Source of the DNA: Anaeromyxobacteraceae bacterium
GTDB lineage: Bacteria > Myxococcota > Myxococcia > Myxococcales > Anaeromyxobacteraceae
DNA length: 64,000 nt
Direction: 5' to 3'
Assembly (NCBI GenBank): GCA_032654565.1
Contig: JAULAX010000015.1
Coordinates: 800,001-864,000 of the forward strand
The notes under the pieces were generated by a model, which worked only from the letters and a program-made list of their open reading frames with translations, made no database searches and was not told the DNA's origin. This document shows, in pieces, positions 18,361 through 27,900 of the stretch. The first letter of the stretch is position 1, and each line of letters opens with the position of its first letter. The translations under genes were made by a program, and so were the position numbers.

Positions 18361-18596
18361 CCGCCGGCCTTCAAGGGGTCGTCCCTCCCCGGGCCCACGC
18401 GGCCCCCTCCCTCCGGGGCGAGGGGAGGCTCGATCCCGCCAGCCGGCGGGTCCTCGCCCCTCTGGGCGAGGCCTCAACTTCACGGTATGTGGATGTAGGT
18501 GACCGCTCGTACCTTGACCGTGGTCTTCCGCGGCTCACCTGGTCATGTTACCCGTGGCGGATCGACTCAGTTCACTTCAGGTCAAGGGGGATCACC

Positions 18597-19931
18597 ATGA
18601 GACGCCTCGCTCCGATCGTGCTCTTCGCCCTGGTCACCGCCTGCGCCGGGCAGGAGGGGAGCTCGGGCGCCGCCGGAACCCAGGGTCCCCAGGGGGTCGC
18701 CGGCGCCCAGGGCGTTCCCGGGACCACCGGGCCGCAGGGGCCGGCCGGCTCGCCGGGCGCCACCTGGGTGGGCGGCTGGAGCGCCCTGACCCGCTACCAG
18801 GCCAACGACGCGGTCGACCACCTCGGCTCCTCCTACGTGGCCGTGGTCGCGCCGGTGCTCGGGCTGCCTCCTCCCGGCGCCGACTGGCAGCTGGTCGCCG
18901 CCAAGGGCGCCACCGGCGACCAGGGGCCGCAGGGGCTCAAGGGCGACACCGGCGACCAGGGCCTCCCGGGCGCAGGCTCGCTGGTCCTGCTGGAGACGGG
19001 CGCCGGCCTGACCGGCGGCCCCATCACCTCCACCGGGACCATCTCGATCGCCTCCGGCGGCGTCTCCAACGCCATGCTGTCGAGCAGCACCGTCACGGTG
19101 GCCGCCGGCAGCGGCCTCACCGGTGGTGGCCCGGTCTCGCTGGGCGGCACGGTCTCGCTGGCGGCCGCCGATCTGCTCGGTGACGTCAGCGGCTCCCCGC
19201 TCACCACTACGGTCAAGGCGTTGCAGGGGACCGCGGTCGCCGCCACCACCCCGGCCGACGGCCAGGTGCTGGCCTACTCCACGGCCAGCAGCAGCTGGGC
19301 GCCCACCACCCTGCCGGTCATCCCCCAGGTGGCCACCTACCGGTACAACACGTTCAACACCTACGACGAGGCGTCCGGCTGGGCGGCGGGCAACGACGCG
19401 TCGCTCTTTGGCGGCATCGCCCCGGGCACCTGGAAGAGCAGCGCGATCGCCTCCCAGATGAGCCCCGACAAGGGGGTGCTGCGCACGCTCTTCAACCGCA
19501 AGGGATACGCGGGCGCCAATGCCTTGATCCACGCCGAGACCTTCGCCTTCGCCAGTTCGGCCAACACCAAGGTGGTCACCGCGCTCTTCCGCATCCGCAA
19601 CACCACCACGGCTCCCATCACCTGGACGCCCGTGCTCCGCATCGCCGCCTTCGGCCCGTGGGCCGAGCAGGCCAGCGTCGCGCTCAACGGGGCCTCGGCC
19701 TGGACCAGCGCCGGTGGCACGTACTCGAACAGCTCGGCGCCGGTGAGCGTCGCGCTCGCCATCCCCGCCAACCGCACCAGCACCGCCATCTTCGTCTCCA
19801 TGGGCGGTCCGCAGGCGGCCCCGTATACTCGGACCACCATCCTCGCCTTCGTCAACAACTCGCTGGCGCTCCCGGCCGGCCTCCAGTTCGTCGACGACCT
19901 CGACACCGCCACCGGTGACTGGACGCAGTAG
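18597..19931 (+). CDS. Collagen-like / fibre-like lipoprotein
   Basis: AGGGGG SD, lipobox VTAC, two Gly-X-Y tracts, W.G.W....Y..NDAV...GSSYVA module, AG.GLTGG repeats, beta-rich C-terminal domain. Confidence 0.85.
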   Translation: MRRLAPIVLFALVTACAGQEGSSGAAGTQGPQGVAGAQGVPGTTGPQGPAGSPGATWVGGWSALTRYQANDAVDHLGSSYVAVVAPVLGLPPPGADWQLVAAKGATGDQGPQGLKGDTGDQGLPGAGSLVLLETGAGLTGGPITSTGTISIASGGVSNAMLSSSTVTVAAGSGLTGGGPVSLGGTVSLAAADLLGDVSGSPLTTTVKALQGTAVAATTPADGQVLAYSTASSSWAPTTLPVIPQVATYRYNTFNTYDEASGWAAGNDASLFGGIAPGTWKSSAIASQMSPDKGVLRTLFNRKGYAGANALIHAETFAFASSANTKVVTALFRIRNTTTAPITWTPVLRIAAFGPWAEQASVALNGASAWTSAGGTYSNSSAPVSVALAIPANRTSTAIFVSMGGPQAAPYTRTTILAFVNNSLALPAGLQFVDDLDTATGDWTQ

Positions 19932-20121
19932 CCCAGGCCCACGCGATCCGGCCTGCAGCCGCTGGAGCTCCCGGCACCCGGCGGTCCACTGGAATCCAGA
20001 GGCCGCCGGCCACGAAACTGGCGCTGTCAGCCCGGGCCGGTAGGATGGCTCCGGTCTGCGCAGCCTTCGCAGCAGCGAGGTTTCGATGGCTCGACGCGGC
20101 CGGACCCAGACGGGAAGCACC

Positions 20122-20385
20122 ATGACCTACGCAGAGGAACGTGTCGCCGCCGAGACCGGGCGGGTGCTGCTGGCGCTCTACCGCGCCGGGCTCGAGATCC
20201 ACGTCGCGCCCGACGGGATCACCGGCCAGGCCAGCGCCCGCATCGTCTCCGGGCCGCGGTCGCGGCGGCGCAGCCCGGTCACCCGCACCGCCCGGGGCAC
20301 CGGCGACTCGCCGCTGGCGGCCATCTGCGCGGCGGTGGAGCGGCTCAACGAGCGGGCCGGCGCCATCGTGGTGGCGCTCGACTGA
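20122..20385 (+). CDS. Small hypothetical protein (87 aa)
   Basis: GC3-biased codons from ATG 20122; TAGGAT -10-like hexamer at 20041-20046. Confidence 0.7.
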   Translation: MTYAEERVAAETGRVLLALYRAGLEIHVAPDGITGQASARIVSGPRSRRRSPVTRTARGTGDSPLAAICAAVERLNERAGAIVVALD

Positions 20386-20433
20386 CGGCGCGGCGAGCGG
20401 GCCGGCGCCTCCGGCCCCGCGCCCGGGGATCGC

Positions 20434-20721
20434 TCAGGCGAAGAGGGTCCCCAGCTTCCGCTCGATGTAGCCCTTCACCGAGCCGACCACGGCGCCGCCC
20501 ACCAGGCCGTGGGTCAGGTCGATGCGGATCAGCCCATCGCCGATGGTGCAGAGCCCCTTCACGCCCATCTTCTCCGGCACCACGATGGTCCTGGCCGCGG
20601 CGTCGAACTGGCAGGCGATGCCGTACTCCTTCCCCAGCGCCCGCAGGATCTTCTCGGCCTCGCCGTAGAGCTGGTCGGCGCTCTTGCCCGGGAACGCCCG
20701 CTCGATGGTCTTCACCGCCAT
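20434..20721 (-). CDS. Small protein resembling the polyhydroxyalkanoic acid system (PHA_gran_rgn) family
   Basis: 95 aa, L..EYGI, GVKG...I, C-terminal K..IE..L..L pattern; coupled to queC stop (TGATG). Confidence 0.55.
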   Translation of the reverse strand: MAVKTIERAFPGKSADQLYGEAEKILRALGKEYGIACQFDAAARTIVVPEKMGVKGLCTIGDGLIRIDLTHGLVGGAVVGSVKGYIERKLGTLFA

Positions 20722-21437
20722 CACGCCCTCCGCTTGGTGGTCCGCGCGTAGCGCGTCGGATCCGGAATGCCCGCCTCGCTGAACCCCTTGCGGCGCAGCA
20801 GGCAGGCGTCGCACCGGCCGCAGGCCCGGCCGGCGGCCGGGTCGTAGCAGGACTGGGTCCGGCCGAAGGGGACGCCGAGGCGGGTGCCGAGCCGGATGAT
20901 CCCGGCCTTGGAGAGCCGCTGCAGCGGCGCCACGATCCGCAGGGGCCGGCCGCCGACGCCGGCCTTGGTGGCGACGCGGGCCAACCTCTCGAAGGCGGCG
21001 AGGAACTCCGGCCGGCAGTCGGGGTAGCCGGAGTAGTCGACGGCGTTGACCCCGACGTGGATCTCCTCGGCGCCGATCACCTCGGCCCAGGCCAGCGCCA
21101 GGGAGAGCATCACGGTGTTGCGCGCCGGCACGTAGGTGACCGGGATCTCCCGCGACATGGCCGCGGCGCTCCGCCCCTTGGGGACGGCGATGGCGGCGTC
21201 GGTGAGGGCCGAGCCGCCGAAGGCCGAGAGGTCCACTTTCACCACCCGGTGGCTGGCGGCCCCCAGCAGGCGGGCCAGGGCGCGGGCCCGGGCCAGCTCG
21301 CCGCGGTGGCGCTGGCCGTAGTCGACCGAGAGGGCGTGGACCTCGCGCCCGCCGGCGAGCGCGGCGGCGAGGCAGGTGGTGCTGTCGAGCCCGCCGGAGA
21401 GGAGGACGACGGCGCGGACGATGCGGGGGCGGGCCAT
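20721..21437 (-). CDS. queC: 7-cyano-7-deazaguanine synthase
   Basis: [40 protein letters not shown]. Confidence 0.98.
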   Translation of the reverse strand: MARPRIVRAVVLLSGGLDSTTCLAAALAGGREVHALSVDYGQRHRGELARARALARLLGAASHRVVKVDLSAFGGSALTDAAIAVPKGRSAAAMSREIPVTYVPARNTVMLSLALAWAEVIGAEEIHVGVNAVDYSGYPDCRPEFLAAFERLARVATKAGVGGRPLRIVAPLQRLSKAGIIRLGTRLGVPFGRTQSCYDPAAGRACGRCDACLLRRKGFSEAGIPDPTRYARTTKRRA

Positions 21438-21971
21438 TCAGGGTCCAGTGGGGAGGCCGGCCAGGGCGTAGGTGGCCTGGCAGGGGGCGGTGCAGGGGGT
21501 GCAGTTGGCCCCCGGGACGGAGGCGTCCAGCGTGGCCTGGTCGAGGAGCGTCCCGGTGAAGCCGACGGCGGCGCCGCCGGGGCCGCGCTGGAGGGTCCCG
21601 GTCACCTGCTGGTGGACGGTGACGGCGCAGCCGGCGCTGCAGGTCGCCAGCAGCGCGCCGCGGGTGTCCAGGGAGACGTCGAGCAGGTCGGCGACGAGGC
21701 TCCCCACCAGCGGCTCGGCCCCGGCGCGGGCCGGGCAGAGCCAGGCGCCGACGCCGTCGGCGGCGGAGGAGACGGCCCCGGTGAAGCTGACCGTCGCCGG
21801 GTAGAGGGCGTTGATCCCGGCGGCCGGCTCACCGGCGAGACAGGTCACCAGCACCCGGGTCCCCGAGAAGGAGAGCGAGGCGACCGGAGTTCCCGGGCAG
21901 GTGGCGGGCTCGCGCCGCTCGTTGCAGCCGGCGGCGAGGAGGACCAGGAGGGCGGGGGCGAGGCGGCGCAC
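21438..21971 (-). CDS. Cys-containing hypothetical lipoprotein
   Basis: Lipobox AAGC, paired cysteines, tight spacing between flanking genes. Confidence 0.8.
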   Translation of the reverse strand: MRRLAPALLVLLAAGCNERREPATCPGTPVASLSFSGTRVLVTCLAGEPAAGINALYPATVSFTGAVSSAADGVGAWLCPARAGAEPLVGSLVADLLDVSLDTRGALLATCSAGCAVTVHQQVTGTLQRGPGGAAVGFTGTLLDQATLDASVPGANCTPCTAPCQATYALAGLPTGP

Positions 21972-21978
21972 GGCCCGC

Positions 21979-24900
21979 TCAGCGTACCACCGCCACCCTC
22001 AGGTCGAGGAAGGCGTCGGAGAGCGCCAGCGTCGCCAGCTCCCAGAGCGCCGGGATCCGGAGGGCCTCGGCGCCGGTGAGCGGCTGGGCCGGCGGGTCGG
22101 TGGCCAGCAGGGCCGTGAAGGCCCCGGCCGGATCGCCGGTGGCCAGCAGGGCCACCCGGGCGCTGGTCCGCTGCAGCGCCGCGGCCAGCGCCGAGAGCTC
22201 GGTGCCGGCCAGCTCGTCGGCCGCCGGCGGGCCGAGCGAGGCCACCCGCGCCGCCAGCACCGGCGGGACGCCCCTGGCCATGGCCGAGAGGAAGTCGCCG
22301 GCGCGGGCCGCGGGGAGCCCCAGCGATGGCGGCTGGCCGCCGGCGAACCGGCAGGCCAGCTCCAGCAGGATGCCGACGTCGCGCGGGGCGAACTTGCCCA
22401 CCAGCGCTCCGCCGCGCTCCAGCTGGTCGAAGGCCCGGACGGCGAGGAAGTGGCGGGCGCCCAGCGGCAGGTCGGCGAAGCCGGCCGGCACGATCAGCGC
22501 CGGCGGCCGGGTGTTCTCGATGGCGACCTGGGCGCCGGGGCGGTCGACGAGGAAGGTGGCGTGGTCGCGGGCGGAGAGCAGCACCGAGGCGATCTCCAGC
22601 GGCTCGCGGACCTCGGGCGCCCGGGGGGCCACCAGCCGGTCGGCGACGGTGGCCCCGCGACGCTGCAGGTCGGCGGGGAAGAGCGGCTCCAGGTGCGGCG
22701 TCAGCAGCGCCAGCAGCGTGCCGAGCGGGCCGACCGCCTCGGGGAGCGCGGCCCGGTCGCGGGTGGCCGGGGAGAGCGCCGCGGCGAAGGGCGGGGGCTC
22801 CGGCGCCGGGGCCCGCTCCGGGGCCACGAAGGCGGCGATCGAGGTGGCCAGCCGGGCCAGCTCGGACAGCCGGTCCTGGTCGGCCGGGGCGTCGCCGGTC
22901 GCCACCTCCCGGGCCAGCGCCGCCACCGCCAGCAGCGCCTCGACGTCGGAGGGATCCTGGCGCGCCGCGGCCAGGGCCCGCTCCAACGCCTCGGTCGGCG
23001 GCTCGGCGGCCGGCGGCGCGGCGGCGAGCGAGGCCCGGAGCGCGGCCACCCGGGCCTCGCGCCCGGCGTCGCCGGCCACCAGCGCGTCGAGCCAGCCCCA
23101 GGTCAGCTCGCGCTCGGCGTCGGCGGCCAGGGCCTCGAGGAGGGCGTCGGCGGCGCCGCCGAGATCTCCCTGCCGCTCCAGGAGCCCGGCCAGCCGCTCC
23201 AGCGCGGCGGCGCGGTCGGCCCCGGTCGAGCCGTCGGCCTCGGCGCGGAGGTGGAGGACGATGGGATCCGGCTCGACCGGGTCGGGCCCGCCGACCTCGA
23301 GGGCGGCCATGGTGTCGGCGAGCGACCCGGCCTCGGCGGGGAGCTCGGGCCCGGCGAGGAGCGACGGCTCGGGGAGGACTGGCGAGGCGGTGGTCTCGAG
23401 CGAGGCCAGCGGCTCGGCCCCCTCCAGCGTCACCGTGAAGTCGTCGAGGTCGCCGTCCTCGAAGCTCCAGGCGGCGCCGGCCGGATCGGGCTCGGCCGGC
23501 GGCGCCTCCTCCGTCGGCGCGGGTTCGGTGGTCGGATCCAGCGCGATTCCAAGGTCGTGCTCGGGCGCCGCCGCGGCGCTCCCGGCCACCAGCTGCCAGA
23601 GCTGGACGTGGACGGCGTGGGCGGCGTCGGAGAGCGCGCCGTGGTCGAGGCGGGCCAGCAGCCCGGCGGCCGCCTCCGGCCAGCCGCTGGCCAGCCCCTC
23701 GGCCGCCTGGACCAGCTCGGCGGGCACGCTGGACGGCTCGCCCAGCGCCGCGGCGCGCAGCGCGCGGACCGCGTCGGGGGGCCGCCCCTGCTCGAGGAAG
23801 AGCCGCGCCGCCACCAGCGCCGCCTCGGCCGCCGCCGGCCCCTCGGTGCGGATGGAGACCGCCAGGTGGGCCCGCGCCGCCTCGACCGGATCGCCGGAGG
23901 CCAGCTCCAGCTCGGCCAGCGCCAGCCACGGGGCCGGGGCGTCGGGCTCGGCCTCGCAGGCCAGCGCGATGGCGAGGCGCACCTCCTCGATGGCCAGGCC
24001 GGCCCGCCGCGCGGCGCCGGCCGAGGCCAGCCAGGCGGCGGCGCGCGCCGCCGGATCGGTCGCCGCCTCGGCGAGCCGGGCCAGGTCGTGGGCCTCGGCG
24101 AGCGGATCCGCCACGGCCGGCTCGGGGTCGAAGTGTACGGGCTCGGGCTCCGGTCCCGGTTCCGGGGCGGGATCGGCCACGGCCGGTTCGGCCTCCAGGG
24201 AGACCGACCCGGCCACGGGCGACTCCACGTCGAGCCGGACGGGCTCGGGTCCTGGCCTCGGCGTGGGCTCGGCGTCGAAGGGGACCGACTCGGGCTCCGG
24301 CCGAGGGGTGGGCTCGGTGGCGACAGGTTCGGTGTCGAAAGCGGCGGACTCGGCCACGGGCGGCTCGTGGTCGGCCGCCTCCGGGGTGGTCGGCTCGTTC
24401 ACCGGCCGCTCCAGGGCCGGGAACTCCAGCGTCATGGGGCCGACGATGGGCTCGAAGTCGGTCGCCGGGACGGTGGCCGCCAGCCGCTCGGGAACGGGGA
24501 CGGTCAAGGGCTCGAACTCGTGCTCGAACTCGTGCTCCGGCTCATGCTCCGGCTCGCGCTCGACCGGCGCGGCCGCGGCCTCTCCGGCCTCCTGCAGCTC
24601 CACCACCTGCGGCTCGAGCCCCGCCGGCGGCATGGCCTCGGCCTCGCCGCCCTCCTGCAGCTCCACCACCTGCGGCTCCGGCTCCACCGTCCCCGGCTCG
24701 GGCGCAGACGGCTCGAGCTCCGTCGGCTCGCTCGCCGGCCGCTCCAGGGGCGGGAACTCCAGCGTCATGGGACCGACGATGGGCTGGTACCGCGGCGCCC
24801 CGAAGGGCTCGACGACCGGATCGGGCAGCGAGAAGGCCGCCTCGATCGAGTCGGCCACCGGCGCGGTGGACCGGGGGGGCCGCACGCCGCCCGCCTGCAC

Positions 24901-27900
24901 CAGCAGCCGGGCCAGCGCCTCGTCGTCGGGGCTGGACCGAAGGGCGGCGGCCAGCAGCGGGATGGCCTCGGGGGCGCGTCCGCAGCCCAGCAGCGCCGTG
25001 GCCGCTTCGCGGAGCGCGCCGCCGTCGGCGGGCAGGTCGGTGGTCACCGCCAGCAGCGTATCGGCCGCCAGCGCCGCGTCGTCGGGCCGGCCGGTCGAGG
25101 CGAGCAGCCGGGCCGCCTCGCGCCGCAGCCCGGCACGCGCCGCCGGGTCGGCCTGGCGCCGGGCCCGGTCGAGCAGGAGCCGGGCCCGCGCCTCCTCGCG
25201 CCCCTCCCGGTCGAGCAGGCCGAGCAGCGTCGCCTCGATGGCCGGATCCCCGGGCTGCTCGGCCAGCGCCTGCCGCAGCGTCGCCTCGGCCGCCGCCGGG
25301 TCGAAGTGGGCCTCCATGGCCACCAGCCGCCGCAGCCCGGCGGGGTCACCCGGATCGCGCTCCAGGGCGCGGCGCATCACCGCCACCGCCGACGGATCGC
25401 CGGCCTCGGCCAGCAGCTCGGCGGCCTCGCGGGCCCGGACCGCCGCGGCCCCGCCGGCGCCCCGCTCCGCCAGCAGCGCCTCCAGCGCCAGCAGGTCGTC
25501 GGCGGCCCCGCGCCTCATGCCGCGCCGCCGCTGCTCGGCCACCGCCTCCTCCAGCAGCAGCTGCGCGGCGTCGGCGTCGCCGGCCGACCGCGCCGTCTCG
25601 GCCGCTTCGTGGAGCGCCCCCAGCAGCGCCTCGGGGCCGAGCCCGCCCTGGCGCGTCGCCTCCACCCGCCGCCGCTCCAGCGCCACCGCCAACCCCGGGG
25701 AGTCGCCGGCCTCGGCGCGTGCCTCGCGGAAGAGCCGCTCGCCGAGCCGGCGATCATGGAGCTCGGCCAGCGCCCCCTCGGCGGCCGCGGCCAGCAGCTC
25801 GATGCGCGAGGCCCGGGAGCGGACCCGGCCGGCCACCGCCTCGAGGGCGGTCACGGCCCGCTGCCGGTCGGGATCGATCCGGCTCCGGGCCAGCGCCGCC
25901 GCCGCCTCCTGCGGCCGGAGCGCCAGCAGCCGGTCGAAGGCCGCCAGGGCCAGGGCCGGGTCGTCGGCCTCCGAGGCCAGCTCGGCCAGCTGCCGGCAGA
26001 GCGCCACCACCTCGCCCTCCTCGAAGCCGGGGAAGCCGGCCTCCAGCAGCGTCCGGTGCACCACCAGCGCCTCGGCGAAGGAGCCCTGGGCGTAGAGCAG
26101 CCGGCCCAGCAGCGGCCCGGCCAGCGCCGGGGTCTGCCGCGACCGGCTGAAGGCCCGGCGCGCGCAGCGCAGCGCCGCCCCGCCGTCGCCGGCCTCCCAG
26201 GCCAGCGCCGCCGCGGCCGCCTGGGCCCGGGCCGAGGTGGCCGGATCCTCAAGCCGCCCGGCGAAGCGCTCCAGCGGCTCGGAGGCGGACCGCTCGGGCA
26301 GGTGGCTCCGGCGCAGGCGCACCTGCTCGAGCGCCAGCCCCTGGTCGGGGGGCAGCAGCAGGAGACTCTCGGTGAAGGCGTGGTCGGCCGCCTGGTGCTG
26401 CCCCTGCTTCGCCAGCAGCCGGGCCCGCTCCAGCAGCAGCGCGCCGGCCTGGTCGGCGTCGAGCCGGGCCTCCTCCTCCAGCCGGGTGACCACCGTCGCC
26501 TCGTCGCCGAGGGCGGCCGCGGCCAGGCGCGCCTGCCGCACCGCGGCCAGCGACCGGGGGGCCAGGGTGCGGGCCTGCTCGGCGGCCTGGGCGGCCCCGG
26601 CGGCGTCGCCGGCTCCGGCGCGCAGGACCGCCAGGCGGAGGAGCAGGTCGGGCCGCTCCCCGGCCGGGACCAGCGGCGCCAGCGCCGCCAGCGCCTCGGC
26701 CTCGGCGGCGGCGTCCGACCGCGCCACGGCCAGCCCCAGCAGCGAGGTGAGCGCGCCCCGGGCCCGCTCCGGCTCCGGGTCGAGCTCCAGCGCCTCGCGC
26801 AGCGTCGCTTCACCATCCGTGACGAGCCCGGCCTCGACCAGCGCCAGCCCGGCCTCGGCCAGCCGCTCGGCGGCGCCGGCCTCGGCGGCGGCCAGGGCCA
26901 GGCGGGCCCGCTCCAGCAGCAGCCGGGCCGCGCCCGGGTGGTCGCCGGCCGCGATAGCCTCCTGGGCCCGGCGCTCCAGCCCCTCGCCGTCGTCGCCGCG
27001 CAGGCGCGCCGCCTCGCCGCGGGCCTCGGCGGCGCCGACCGGATCACCGGCCGCCTGGCGCAGCAGCGCCACCGCCTCCCAGGCCTCGACCCGCTCCTCC
27101 TCGCCGGCGCCGTCGTGGGCCGCCAGGGTCCGCAGCAGGGGCTCGCGCTCGCCGTCGTGGAGCAGGGCCGCCCGCCCCGGCGCCAGCAGGGCGCGGAGCG
27201 GCTCCAGCGCGATGGGATCGAAGCGGAGCACCGCCCGCCAGCTCTCCATGGCCTCGGGCTCGCGCCCGATCCGGGCCAGCAGCGCCGCCAGGTCGCGGTG
27301 GACGTGGAGCGCCTCGCCGACCGGCGTGCTCGAGGCCAGCCGGACCAGGGTGGTGGCCAGGCCGTCCAGGTCGTTGGCCTCGCGGTGGAGCCCGGCCAGG
27401 TGGGCCAGCTCGGAGCTGGTGGGGTTGCCGGTCTGGGCGTAGGCGGCCAGCCGGCGGCGCGCCAGCTCCCGCTCGCCGGTGCGCTCGGCCAGCGCCGCGG
27501 CCAGCCGCAGCAGCTCGGGCCGGCGGGCGGCGTCGAGCCCCTGGCCGGCCAGGGCGGCCTCGGCGTCGGCGAGGGCGCCGGCGGCGTCGTCGGCGGCGCG
27601 GCGGGCGGCACGCTCGGCGCGGGCCGGGGCGAAGCCGGGGTCGCTCTGCGCGGCCAGGTCGAGCGCCGAGGTGTCGCCGGTGAGCGAGAAGGCGCGCCAG
27701 GCCAGCGCCGCCCCCTCCTGTCCGCCGGTCCGCGCCGCGGCGGTGAGCAGGGCGGCGGCGGCGGCCCGGGCGTCGCCCGCGGCCGCGTGCAGCCGCAGCA
27801 GGTGGCGGAGCGCCTCGCCGCCGGTCTCCCGGGCCTCGGCGGCGCGCTCCAGCGACCGGACCGCGCCGGGGCGGTCGCCGAGCCGCTCGGCCAGCGCCGC

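Noticed and set aside
18228..19931. 567-aa ORF as a single protein
   Set aside because: SD plus lipoprotein signal at 18597 marks the true start; upstream part is an IS-like remnant and non-coding-looking sequence
14578..21437. queC plus DNA methyltransferase as a Dpd or Qat-type DNA-modification or defence island
   Set aside because: queC is the canonical short type; no dpdA/B/C, qat genes or nuclease nearby; intervening genes unrelated
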